Source: Azolla caroliniana
Taxonomy: Eukaryota > Plantae > Polypodiophyta
Direction: 5' to 3'
NCBI GenBank assembly: GCA_043228905.1
Contig: JBHGNT010000014.1
Coordinates: 3,224,001-3,288,000, forward strand
Length of the DNA: 64,000 bases
Of the stretch, positions 46,878 to 60,188 are shown piece after piece. The position numbers were made by a program, and so were the translations under genes. The notes beneath the pieces were generated by a model. That model was not told the origin of the DNA and did no database searches. It worked only from the letters and a program-made list of their open reading frames with translations. The first letter of the stretch is position 1. Each line of letters opens with the position of its first letter.

Positions 46878-49800
46878 ATTGTACCAATAATATAGAGTAT
46901 GTTGGACTAACATAATCCATGTATTCCAAATACAATAAGGAGATTAAAATACATGGGAATATTTATCGAAGTTTACGACAGAAGAAAGGATGCAAGCATT
47001 CAATATTGAACTTCCAATCTATCAAAAAAGAAAGAAGAAAGAGGAAGGTGAGTATTACAAACAACTTGTCATAGTATTTTCTGAACTAATTCGACTCTTC
47101 ATCAAATGTAATGAGAGAACCCACCAACCAACCTCAGGCCCTAGAGCAATCTCTAAACAAGAAGAAACTTTGTAAAACACCTAGCTCAATGATGACATAG
47201 AAAGACATATAGACTAAGCATTGCTAAATATCACTTTGGTTCAAAATGTCATGTGCCAAATTGATAATGGTAATAGGCTAATGTTTAGTGACTTTTTATG
47301 ATACAAGAGTATACTTAAGGAATTAAGGAAAGATTGTCTCAACATTGAAGATTGCAAAGACTATGTTGTATTTTAACAATTGTATACTCAAGGAATCAAG
47401 GAATAAGATATAATTAATATATAGATGATATTACAACAAGATGGAAGGGTGGGCTCACAACTAGCATTAAACCGAAATGATTCAATGAGAGTATAAAGAT
47501 TAAATTTATAGAGAATCCCACATTCAAGCAATGGCTCAGATCCCATTATTCATATGGTGGAGATTAATCCACATGACATGTTGCATGCCTGACACTTGTT
47601 GTGTCACGAGCATCTGATTTCTGTAGTTTTCTAGAGGTATCCTAGTATCTTTATGATAATAATAATATGCATACTAATACACATGACTAGTATAAAGTAA
47701 TTAACTATGGTGATAATGATTGATGCCTTCAAGAAAAAAATCATGGACATGATGGCTCTTAGAACCCATGTAATGAGAGTGACACAACCAACCAAATAGG
47801 GGCAAGGTTGTTCAGAAGATTGTTGAGATTGTTGGTCAATTCAAGCAAAGGAACAAAACTAAGTTCCTCATGGACTATAACAAGAATATGCAGCAATGTG
47901 ACGTATGAGAGGTAAGACCGCTTACATACTTCAATTGTGTGGTATTGGCAACTCTTCAAAAGTCCAATTGGAGAACCAAACAACCATCCCTAGCATCAAG
48001 GTGGATTTCAATTAACCAATTCTCATGGAGTTGATCCTCGATGATGCAACTCGAAAAGCTTGACACACTTTCATGGAATAGGTAGAACCAAAATCAAATA
48101 AAAGACAATGTCGATGGTTCTAGATGAATTTTAGTGATGATTGAAACTTCCAATGCTCGAACCTAGCTCTTTTTGGACTAAACAAGGTTTTTTTCAATAA
48201 AGATAGTCAATATAAGGTATAATTGAGAATTGGGAACCCTTCTTGAGGACTAGTATAGTGCTAGTGCACTTGTGATACATTGGTGCTACAATAAAGTGAG
48301 CTTGCCGCTAGTTTAAGAATAGAAAGCTAAGGTACGAGTGTCTAATGGCAAAATGGAAGTCTGGGACAAATAAAGTAAGGAGTTGTTGACTGATAATAGG
48401 CTCTTCATTTGCGTCACCATACATTAAATCCTATAACACCCATGCTACAGATTTGATACCAACTATTGTGACTCATTTTGATTGTTAGATCTTACATGGA
48501 TGGTGTAGATCTTACACCATATTTAACATTATCAATTGTCATATGTGGAGAGCTTTGATCAGGGGTAATTTGATATTTGCTCAATTTACACAAAATAGCC
48601 TAATTTCATATATTGAGGTCATTTTTCTCTTTTAAAGATATTGTGGTTTGTGCCATAAATGGGATATATATAATGCTTTCATGTTTGATGGTAAACGTTG
48701 AATTAGGGCATATCTATCAAAGTTGAAGTGATTTTGCAATTTTGTTTATTGGAGCAAGTGGAGATTCTCTCTTAGTTGGGGTGTTCCTCCTATCTATTGG
48801 CACTTCCACGTTTCCCTCTAGAGTCTAAACTCATGGCAGTGCCACTAAACTAGTTGTAGTACAAACGTAGTGATGTTCACATGCAAATAATCTAATTGTG
48901 TGTTTTTGAAAGAGAGAGGGAGGGTACAACCTTATTGGGAAAAATAACATATGTACTTCTATGTACAAAAATAAGGAGGATAAGATGTTACGTATAGAGA
49001 CAAGGGAATGGAGAGTCAAAGATTTTGTGTACATGAATTTGTATAGATAAATCTAACCGATGGCACATTCACGACAATGCATTATCTTACAATTCATGCA
49101 TGTATTCTCCAAGCAAAACCATACTTTTTAATCTACCCAAATAGAAAAGGAAGATTTATTCGGTAGACGACAGAATGTGAGCACTCACATTTTCAAATCA
49201 TTAATGTGTGATGTTGATGTTCATAAATGCTCTATACGGTGCCTCAATTGCTAGTGAAAATGACACTGCATAGTCAACGTTAGTATCTAGGTTAGTTATC
49301 CTAGCATTTAAGACCCTTTTTTTTATAGAGTAAGGACAACATATAAAAAACTTTAAGAACTTGTGCAAATTTAATAGTAAAATAAAAGTGAAATGGTGAG
49401 AGAGTATGTTGGAATTACATGTTTGCTTTTGCAAAGGAATTACATGTTTGCTTTTGCAAAAAAATGCTAAATACAAGTCTATGCTAAAGAGACAGATGAA
49501 CGTACTAAAAAACATTGGAGAGGAGGGTCAAATGTGTCCCGAATTCTAGGTTGAATACAAACTCAACAAATGTCGAGTTAGGCAACCACTTTGAATTCAA
49601 GGAGGTTCCAATCCTAAATCGAATACAAACATTAGATGCAAAGCATACTGTGAAGCACTTGAATGCTTATTGTTTGCATATTTAAAACTTTGTAGACCCA
49701 TTACAAGTGGAAAATTTACTATTAATAATCTATAAACACTCACATTTTGCACCAAGCTCTACATGTCATGTGAATTGTGATAAACAAACAAAGAGATTGC

Positions 49801-51200
49801 TATAAACAAGTGCAAGAGTGAAAGAACTTCCTTATAAGATATGTGGATATATAGATACAAACCTAGATATAGATATAGAAATCTTATTAGAGATGTTTGA
49901 GTCGAGCTATTCATACAAATGAAGGCTTATGTACTTACAATGTTGTCCATAAAGACTCCTTAAGTTTTTTTGAGTAAAAGATTTCTTGTTGAGTTGATAA
50001 GTAAAGGTTGTCACAAATGTTAGTTCAAAATCATGAGCACTTAAAGTTGGTCCCAAAAAAATTAGCTTTACAAATTTGACTTTGACCACAATACATATAC
50101 ACATATACATTCGGCCTAGTGAGGGTACCATGGCTCCTTTTTCATGTCAAAATGGAAGCTTTGAAATACATGCACAAAGTAGCCTTAAACACCATTATAA
50201 GAGACATTGTTAGAAAAGTATGACTAATTTGTTTCTTTAATATGGAATACGAGCATGTATTTGCAATTGCACAACTATTCGCAAAAGCATTTTGACACTC
50301 TTTAGAGAAACTTTGCAACCTTGAAATACATGCGGTGGTTAGTTTTTACTAGAGTAGTGTCTTGAGGCTATTGTGAATAACTACAAAGACAAATTGGAGG
50401 TAGAATGGTCACTAGTATGAACATAAAAAAAATTTATTGCATGAAGACGGGTGAGGTGAATAGAGGGTCGGTACAATTTAGATGGGTCATTTCGATTTTT
50501 CGATACCTGATAGAGAGACAAATGGAGTACAGAAGCCCAATAAATGTTTACAATACAGAACTATGCTTTTCTTATTTATGAGAGAAACCATTGACTTTCA
50601 TGAGACTCGAGAACAGATTTGTTAGCGCCACAATATATATACATTTGTTCTTGTAAGGATGCTTCGGAGAGCACTTTTTTGCTTCTTTTTTTTTACTGTT
50701 TTCCTTACAATACAAGGAGGTTTACTTAACAAGTATGAAGCCAGAAATCTACCTAGTAGAGTTCTTTTATAAACAACAATTCATAAGTTAACTTGCGGTG
50801 CGAGACACCGTCCATACTCTATCTATCTAATGCATGACAATCCACCCATTAGAAGTTCTCGTAGATATACGACATGAACCATTCGATGATTCGTAGAAGA
50901 TTTATACCATACATTTCCATTTGTTAGCCCCTTTTCCTTTGACACCCCACCCCCCCTCCCCAACAAAGCACAATCCTGAGCGAAACAGTGTGTCCTTGAA
51001 ATGACTGACATTGAATGCTTCCACTAAGCGAGCGAATTTGAGTCATTTAGACACGATCAGGATGTTATTTGCTTAGTCTTCAAGTGACCTCCGTCCATCG
51101 ATCCAATCTTCTAAGCAAAAAAAAATGAAATGTCCCACGGCATGCGGGTACTTGATGACCCCGAAAGAGCATTATCCCTACATGAGTTTAGCATATGATG

Positions 51201-53677
51201 TCAAATGCCGAAAGAACTACCATTGCTTCCACAAACCCCTTCAGTCGAAGAGCAAGACATTGACACAACCTTGGCCGAGTTCTCCTTCACTAAGCTCATC
51301 AGCTGACACTTTGACCGATCTGGATACAACCTGTTCACCTTAAACTTCTTGCTTTCATTCGCCACAAACTCGAGCTCTTGGGCAACTTCTTTGATCGTGG
51401 GCCTCGCATCCTTGTCGTGCGAGAGACACCTATATGCGATCTCAGCCACCGTTTGGATCATGCTCCTTACTTGAGGGTTTTTACCGGCCTCTAGAGTCTC
51501 GTCAATCACATCGTCGAGTCTACCATTTCCGATTCTTGACACGGCGAGATTGGCTAGGTTCACTTCGCTCTTCTCCCTATTGAAGTCGACCGCCTTCATG
51601 CCAGTGATCAGCTCGACCAAGACGACCCCGAAGCTGTACACATCGCTCTTTTCCGATAGGTGGAAGTTTTGATGGTATTCAGGGTCTAGGTAGCCCGGCG
51701 TGCCTTGCGGGACCGTGGAGATGTGCGAATTGTCCGTGAGCACGAGCCGGGAGAGGCCGAAGTCTGCGACTTTGGACGTGAAATCGTAGCCGAGAAGGAT
51801 GTTGCTCGTCTTTACGTCCCGGTGATAGATGGGCGGGTCGAGCGAATGCAAGTAGGCCAAAGCTTGGGCCGTCTCGAGGGCGATCCGGGCTCGTCTCGGC
51901 CATGTTAGGAAAGAGCCTCTCTCGCCTTGAAGATGTTCGGAAAGAGTTCCATTGGGCACGTACTCGTAGACTAGGAGCGGGTCTCCAAACTCGAGGCAGC
52001 ACCCGAGGAGTTGCACGAGGTTGGGGTGCTTCACCGCAGTGAGGACCTTCACTTCATTGACCACTTGCTGTATGCCCTGCATATACCTGTAATTGATCCT
52101 CTTCACAGCCACGAGTGTGCTGTTGGACAGCTTCCCTGCATATACGGTCCCGAAGGCCCCATTCCCAAGCTTCAATTCATCGCAGAAACCCTTTGTCGCC
52201 TTCTCTAGGTCCTTGTAGGCGAAGATTTTCGTGACCCCATCGTGGCATAGCATGCATTCGATCTCTTTGATGTCCCTTCGGCTCTGGAAATCGCTGCGTA
52301 AATGGTGGTCTCGCCGGTTCCTTCTGCGCAGCACGATCCACCCCACAATGCCCGCCACGATAATGCTTGCTCCCGCAAACACGCCTGACACACAAGCGGG
52401 AGAATTAATTATTCCAGAAATCCATATAATGCAGACCATACCATACAAAATAATCTATCTCCATGCTTTTCTCTGAATCCATGGAGGAGGCACTGACCTT
52501 CTTTCTTATATAATAAATATGTCCTTCTCTTGGAGTCCAAAAAGGAATGAGATTTGGTAGTAAAACCCTATCACACGCCTAGAAGAGATATGCAGACCAT
52601 ACCATACAAAAAATCTATCTCCATGCTTTTTTCTGAATCCATGGAGGAGTCACTGATCTTCTCTCTTATATAATAAATATGTCCTTCTCTTGGAGTCCAA
52701 ATAGGAATGAAATTTTGTAGTAAAACCCTATCACATGACTAGAAGAGATCTGCAGAAACATACATACCTGCTGACAGAAGAATGATGTTCCGCATACAGC
52801 CGACTAAGGTATCCCTCCGGCAAGATGATACTGCAATACAGAGAAAAAAAAAATGGCAGAAAACAGGAATTACTAAGCATTCTCTGCCATTATATACTCG
52901 AAATGGCTGGATACCTGCAGACTAACCATTGGCAGTGCACCCTAAACCCATGGCAAAGCCATCACCGGAGAAGCCATCTTTGCAGCGACAGGTGTGAGCA
53001 TTACCCTGGTCATTGTACAGACAATCAGCATCCCTGGCACAGGTGCATGATCTCCCAGGAATCCATACCTCCAGCTCCAGGCCATACTGGACCTGTATCT
53101 TGAGGCCTTGGGAATGGCTCACATCCATAATGTCTGAATTTATGGCCCAGCTCACGAAGCTTGTGCAGTTCTTCATCAATCTTAGCAGAGAATGCTCCTT
53201 GATAAGGCCACAGCAATACTGGCTGGGGCAGTCGAAATAGTTCTCGAGCTCCGCCACTCCATCGAATTCGGGCCTGATATCACAGCCGCAGCTGCTGTTT
53301 TCGTTGCAATTGTACATCATTAGGGCATTATTCCTGGATATGAAATAGTTGCTGTCGGGTATGGCGTAGCTGCTCTCTCCGATGAAGGAGAAATACTTGA
53401 TATTGGGCTTCCCGCAGGCGCCCTGCATAGGATCTATGAGAAGCGCCTGCGATGTGATGAACATGACCGAGAAATTGAGCCTGTTCAGCCTCACCTGCAG
53501 CTGGGAGGTCTCCTCATTGCAGTGCAACAGGAAATCCTTGCGCCCACATTTGGTGAGGCGGAAGGGGTAAGGTACGAGGGTGTTCCCGCAGGATTCTTGG
53601 CATGCCAGGATGCAAGGAAGCCATGGCAGGTGAAGCAGTACACAGCAGAGCAGAGAGAAGACAGAGAAAGGTTGCAT
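51201..53677 (-). CDS. WAKL14: Wall-associated kinase-like receptor kinase (WAKL14/21-like), about 665 aa, 3 exons: 53677-52927, 52830-52768, 52384-51201
   Basis: Signal peptide MQPFSVFSLLCC; GUB_WAK_bind CQESCGNTLVPYPF; EGF-like repeat; TM helix; RD kinase YHRDVKTSNILL, DFGLSR, PQGTPGYLDPEYHQNFHLSEKSDVYSFG. The GT-AG junctions give an open 1998-nt frame. Confidence 0.92.
52429..52757. repeat. 161-bp tandem duplication filling most of intron 2
   Basis: ATGCAGACCATACCATACAAAA starts at 52429 and 52590, with a partial third start at about 52751. Confidence 0.88.
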
Positions 53678-53750
53678 TTTCTGATAGGGCTTCACTGATT
53701 CCTTCTCCTCTTACTGATTCCTTCTTCCTGTCTCCATGAGCCAAGAATGT

Positions 53751-53925
53751 CTTCTAATCTCTTCTTCTTCTTCTTCTAATCTCTTCTTCTTCTTCTTCTA
53801 ATCTCTTCTTCTTCTTCTTCTAATCTCTTCTTCTTCTTCTTCTAATCTCTTCTTCTTCTTCTTCTAATCTCTTCTTCTTCTTCTTCTTCTTCTTCTTGAT
53901 GATCTTGATGATGATGATGATGATG
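53751..53925. repeat. 22-bp tandem repeat (CTTCTAATCTCTTCTTCTTCTT) plus (CTT)n/(GAT)n just upstream of the WAKL start
   Basis: Seen directly; probably 5' UTR. Confidence 0.85.
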
Positions 53926-54189
53926 AGCAAAGGAAGCAGAGCGCAGGGCTTCTTCAACAGACACAGACTACTTGACAAAAGGAAGAGAGAAAAGCTGCTT
54001 TGTCTTTCTTCTTCTGTGCTGTTCCTTCCATAACCCCAGACCTTCCAGGAGCTTCTAGAAGCTCTCTGATTGATTGAGGAGATTTAGAACAAAAGCCTGG
54101 GGTGGGTGAGGTCTTCTGTTTCAGCTATGGCAATGGAAAGCTTAGGACACCAGAGAGACAGAGAGGCTCAGAATACAACACAGTCACAA

Positions 54190-54920
54190 TCCATGGCATG
54201 GCATGGCATGGTATGACAGAGAATGTATGGGTATGGCCCATGGGTATATATATATATGATGGCTCATAATGCATATACGACATATATCAAAGGCACCATG
54301 GCATGGCATGTCTGACAACAGAGTATGTACATATGTAATACATACATACTGATACAACATATTCAAAGCCATCATGGCATGGCATGGCATGACTGATAAC
54401 AGAGTATGTATGTAATACATATACATATATGAAAGCCACCATGGCATGGCATGACAACAGAGTATGTACATATGTAATACATACATACAACTGATTATGT
54501 ATATGAAAGCCACCATGGCATGGCATGACAACAGGGTATGTACATATGTAATACATACATACAACTGATATGTATATGAAAGCCACCATGGCATGGCATG
54601 ACAACAGGGTATGTACATATGTAATACATACATACAACTGATATGTATATGAAAGCCACCATGGCATGGCATGACAACAGGGTATGTACATATGTAATAC
54701 ATACATACAACTGATATGCATATGAAAGCCACCATGGCATGGCATGACAACAGAGTATGTACATATGTAATACATACATACAACTGATATGCATATGAAA
54801 GCCACCATGGCATGGCATGACAACAGAGTATGTACATATGTAATACATACATACAACTGATATGTATATGAAAGCCACCATGGCATGGCATGGCATGGCA
54901 TGACTGATAACAGAGTATGT
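54190..54920. repeat. 73-bp minisatellite (about 6.5 conserved plus degenerate copies)
   Basis: GAAAGCCACCATGGCATGGCATG starts at 54431, 54505, 54578, 54651, 54724, 54797 and 54870. Confidence 0.93.
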
Positions 54921-57900
54921 ATGTCTGAGTGTGGATGGTGGGGGGGGGGGAGGGCTCATAATGAAACATATAAGTCATGGTATCATGGCATGACATTATG
55001 TATGTGTGGTGTGTGTGTGTGGGGGGGGGGGGGGCTCATAATGTAACATAATCAATCAATCCATGGCATCATGTGATGGCATGATCTGGCATGACATGAC
55101 ATTATTATGAGTGAGCTCTGTGTGATCTAGAGCCATGAATGGGGGGGGGGGGGGTGACAATGGGTGTGAGGGATTGAGAGAGAGAGAGAGAATGGCTCTT
55201 AGAGGAACAGGGAAGGGGCACTGACACCAGTACAAGACCACCATTCATTCATTCATTATACATACATATTCACTTTGAAGAGAAAGGGAGGCAGGGGGGA
55301 GAGAGAGAGTTAGTTGAAGTGCCCAAGTTGCTCTCTCTTCGTTTTTTGTTGCTGCCCATTTCCCCCCCTCTTCTTCTTCTTCTTCTTCTTCTTCTCTTTT
55401 TGGTTTTCTTTATGGCCACGAGTGGCCACTGACCGGAGCCGCTTTCAGCCTTACCCCATGGACACCCACTTTCAGGGTTCAGGATTCAAGGTTTAGGGTC
55501 TCGATCTTCCCATGACCTATTTTCTTGATATTCGTATCCATAACTTGAAACACGGTCTAAGCCTGCCCGTCCACGTCCTGGCATTCGCTCCAAAGAGCCC
55601 CTCGAAACGAACAGAGAAAAACCCCTCGCGCTTGGTTTTCGAGTGTTCTCTCAATGCCAACTGATGTCCATGGCTCTCTCATCATGCACGCTCATCGGCA
55701 TTGGACACGAAATCCCTTGCACTTGTGAAGCATGTTCACTTGCGGATCAAGGGAAGTGGTGTGTGCCCATGAGTAGGGGGGGGGGGGGGGGAGAAATAGT
55801 AAAAATGCCAATCCTGGTTCATGGTAGAGAAATAGTAAAAAGAAAAATATAACTAAAAAAGTGTATGAGAGTTTGCAATGCATTTAAAGCCTCACTTCTT
55901 TTTAGACCTTCCTTCAAGCCAAACTATGACAAAGACACACAAATACATGAAAAGGGCATTTGCTTCTCACACGACATGATCATTGTCGGCAAAAATGTTG
56001 GGATGAAAGAAGAATTGTTTTTGTAGATAAGGGAGAAAATTGTATGCTTTCTATGTTCCTGGTTTCCTCAAGCGCCCAAATTCACATGTGTATGTGAATG
56101 TGAGCAAAATGTGCACGTTCATTGCATGGTAGGTAGTTGGAATAGAAGAAATTATCAAAAAGGCATGGGTTTACTAAGTAAGAACATGTGAAGTGGAATT
56201 CTTGCAGGTAGTTGTTACGCCATGAGTGGAAAGTTCGACCTTGCCACAACCCCTTCGGTAGATAGTCAATAACAAGTACCATCGGTACCTCCATCCTCCA
56301 CTCTCTCTCTCTATAAACAAGAAAAAAGACTACTTTGTGTAAAGAAAGTGGAGAATGTAATGCAGCTATAAATGATGAAGAAATATTTACATGCTCACAT
56401 GACATAAAGGTAGTTGGAGGGAAATTTCATATTTGGCAACTACGAGCGCAAAAAAGAAAAATGAAAGGTCATAACATGTGGGTAACAATCTATAGGCATA
56501 AGTTCTTTTTAATTTCTACCCTTGAATATATCTTGGATGTAAAAAGTTATTTACACGAGACTCCTTATCATCGTATTGTTAACGGCAACATATTCCGAGG
56601 GTGATAATCACAATTCCCAAAGAAGCACCTTATGAATTCATGAAAGGACTTTTGAAGTAGCTTTAATGGAGGGGGTGGATATATACTAGCATGCAGCATT
56701 TTTCCTTCCATGTGTTGTGTTGATATAGCTCAATAGTTTGAGTTGCAATGACTTTACAAGCACCTTTGCCATAATTATGTAGCATTGGAGAACTATGAAC
56801 TTCTCCAATTTATTAAAATATTAGAGTGCAATACCAATGGGTGGGGAAAAAACAAAGAGAATTTGTTACATTCCTAGCCATCCAAAAGGGTGTTACTAAC
56901 ATACACAAGCACACTTTCTCTTTGGGAGTGTTAAGTAATCTTATAAATAGAATCCCACAATTCATTCTCATTTATCGAGTGATCACTGCTCTTGGACCTT
57001 AGCTTTATACTAACCTACCAAACACCCATAATTTGATTAATGACTCAAGTATTGTGGGTGTGAAAGGAACCAACACCTAGTAGGACGAGCATTGGTTGAT
57101 GAAGAAACATGGAAAGAGGATATGAAGAGGAGCCAATATTGCAAATATTGGAGAATGTTGGTGACATTGGTTGAGAACATTGAACAAGCTGACCTTGGGA
57201 CTCCTCCAAATCACAAAGTATCAATGAACTAAGCTGAGAGAACTTATATGTGAAGTATAACTCCATGATATTGACAAGCAACGAATACTCAAGGGTTCAA
57301 CATGCAAACAATAATGGAATGGGAAATTCACAATGGATGGGGGTTTTGTTCAACCCTCCCCTTCCATTTCAATGCTCATTTAACATGAAATGCTAGTGCC
57401 CGTAGTGTAGCACTGATAGGGAAGGAATTTCAAAACCAAGAAATAATTTTCCATGCACTAGACATTTCTAGAGAAAAGCAAGAAGATGATCACGTCATTT
57501 GTAGAGAAAGCACAAAAGATAAAGATAAATGATGAGGTGAGAATGAGTGAGGAAGATTTGATGTCAACCATTACCAACAACTGTCTTTGGAACTATTGAA
57601 CAGAAAACCGTGTCGCATTTGATGGAATGGATGGTTTAGCCATTAGATTTGATCACCTAGATCCTATAGTAGTATAGGAACCTTAAAGAGCATTCAAAGG
57701 TTAGTTCTTTGGTTTACCATAGTGTTATATTTATATTTCTTTCTTGGTTAGTGAGACAAGGATCCAAAATAGGTAGGAGCTCTTGGCCTTAAAAATGAAT
57801 GGTGGAACTAAACTAACTAAGTTGTTTGGCACAAAGATAAAACATCTCTAGGATCATGTGGCAATTGTTTGGCACAAACTCTAAAGTATGATGGAATTGT

Positions 57901-58559
57901 GACATTGTTGAGCAATAAAGTATATTCATTGTCCTTTATAAGCTCTATGCACTACTTCAAGAGATTTGTGTCTAAAGATGCATCAACACTCAAATATAGA
58001 TTCCAAATTTTCTATTAAATGAGATAGAGAGAATGGAAGAAAGAACAAGTTTTTTAGTGCAATGTGTCACAAATGTGAAAAAACAAAATGTATGGCTTGA
58101 TTTAGAAATTCAAAAGCCAAGAGTTGAGACATTTTAGGATTGGTGCCTAAAGGCTAACATGAATCCCCCATGCACATCTTGGTGAAGATGAAAGTGTAGA
58201 ATTATGGCTAATTAAGAATATAAATAATGCTAGTTTATGGACATTGCTCTTGGAGATGATAACCAATTGATCTTATTTTGGAACTTGAGGGATGCTAAAG
58301 ATGTGTTCATAAATATGAGGACCAACTAGACATGACAAGTCAATGGATCTTGTTCTAGAATTGAGGGGTGTTAAAGTCATCCTCATCACTATGAGGAACA
58401 ATTAAAGAAATCTTGTTGTGGCAAGCTCATGAAATATGAATATTCAAGCAGGTAAAACAAAGTGCTTGGGAGAGTACTTTTGGTTCCCAAACTTAGTCAA
58501 AATATAATGCACATATCGATATCGATCAATGTTGGCTACACAGTAGTCTTTTAGAAGTC

Positions 58560-59550
58560 ATGAGGGAAAATCCATAGTAATAACAAACTTTTGGGTCTAT
58601 AGAAAGATGGCGCGATGCATGGGTTCAAGAGCCTATTATATGAAGTTATGGTATTATCACTTTCACCAATTAAGAGCCTATTATATGAAGTTATGGTATT
58701 ATCACTTTCACCAATTAAGAGCCTATTATATGAAGTTATGGTATTATCACTTTCACCAATTAAGAACCTATTATATGAAGTTATGGTATTATCACTTTCA
58801 CCATTTAAGTTTCCTTGCATTATCAAAGATATATGTAGAATGGTTATACACAACTGATGGCTACATTGGCTAAAGTTCTTGAAAACCGTGAGCCATGCAT
58901 TTTGTGCAAGCAATGTCAAGGGAAAGTTATCTCCTCTAGATTTGTTCCATGTTGACCACTTGAAAGCTCATGACAAACGTGTTGGATAGATCATCGTATT
59001 TCTTCCTAATCATTGATGCTTATAGCAAGACGATGTGGGTATATTTCCTTGAAAAGAAGAATGAGTCTCTTGGGAGGTTTATAAAAAGACATAGACGGTT
59101 GCAAAGATCTCAACTTGAATGTGAACTTTCTTTAAATTGGTTAATATCTAAGAGGAGAATTTCATACAAAATGAATATTTGGGAATTATATCATTAGAAG
59201 GAATTTGAAGGCAACAAGATTTACACTCCAAAAATAAACAAAGAAATAGAACATTAGAATTAGACCATAGTTGAGATGGGTGAATATTTGTTCAAAAGAA
59301 CAAGGAAATATAATTCATTTTAAAGGTCACACAATAGGTCAAGCACAAAATTAAATCATGCTCAAGGAGGTGACCACGAAGAAACTAGGACGCAAAAGGT
59401 TGGCAATCAAACTTGGGTGGGGAATATATATAGGCTATGAGCACTCCCTGACCTACAAGAGAATCGCGACTACAAAGGCAATAATAACTGACAAGGTCAA
59501 TGTTCAAGATGTCCATGGCTTTGTTAGTCATAAAAAAAGGTGGTAGTTAT
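58560..59550 (+). pseudogene. Very old copia GAG-pre-integrase/integrase remnant
   Basis: LWYYHFHHLSF, PLDLFHVD, YFFLIIDAYSKTMWVYFLEKKNE. Confidence 0.55.
58627..58808. repeat. 45-bp tandem repeat, 4 copies
   Basis: AAGAGCCTATTATATGAAGTTATGGTATTATCACTTTCACCAATT. Confidence 0.93.
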
Positions 59551-59827
59551 TATAAAGTATTGTTGTGACTACCAAAAACATATAAGGTGAACTTGGTTGA
59601 TTGAAGAGTACAATACATTAATACTTAATATGTAGAGAAAGTAGATTTCCATGTAATGAATATTCATACCACTCATGTAATTTGGGTTATCCCTAGTTCT
59701 TTAATAAATACCCTCCCTTATCTATTGATTGGATTCAACATTTAATAACATTACACTAAATGATTCTACTAATTAATTACATATCTCATACATCTCATAA
59801 CCAAATGAGGAGTCAAAATTGATCTGT

Positions 59828-60188
59828 TGTTAGGAATAGTACTAACACATAGAGGGAATTAGTACTAGAGATGAGGATTAGTACTACGAGGAAGGGAGTG
59901 TGTGGAACTTAGGAGAGAGCGAGAGAGAGAGAGAGAGAGAATGCTGATAACAAATGATATATTATATGAAGAGAGGATACAAGCACAATTAGGAGGCTTA
60001 AGACTGGTGTTGAACCGAATAGGTTCTTAATAATGCCATGTGCCTCTATTTGTAGTACTATCAAGAGTACTCCTGACGTTTCTAGAATGTTCCAGAGTAA
60101 TCTAGAATATACATAAATTTCCTATAGTGAAATAATAAATGAAAATAATATTTTTCATATTACAATGCATGGTTTAATGGTAAGAGTT
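59828..60188 (-). mobile_element. LTR of the Tcn1-like chromovirus family (solo or 3' LTR), interrupted by copia E
   Basis: The reverse complement matches 24530-24959 (CTCTGGAACATTCTAGAAAC.TCAGGAGTACTC; TAGTACTAATCCTCATC). Confidence 0.85.

Noticed and set aside
47000-50800. Possible ancient retroelement remnants, including a TGGTATCA PBS-like 8-mer near 48455 (-)
   Set aside because: Too degenerate. No convincing LTR pair or protein motif could be read.
52385-52448. Start of the 415-aa ORF (MYGMVCIIW...)
   Set aside because: This part lies in intron 2. The exon begins after the AG acceptor, at 52384.
54190-54996. CRISPR-like array, or Cys/His-rich ORFs in three frames
   Set aside because: The units are contiguous and near-identical with no unique spacers. 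The ORFs are a by-product of a stop-poor 73-bp repeat. Eukaryotic context, no cas genes.
57390-57422. Helitron-like 3' end (hairpin plus CTAG on the minus strand)
   Set aside because: The hairpin is imperfect, the spacing to CTAG is too short, and no matching 5' end or second copy is in the window.
58551-58919. Repeat-protein ORFs on both strands
   Set aside because: They arise from a 45-bp tandem repeat inside a decayed copia remnant.
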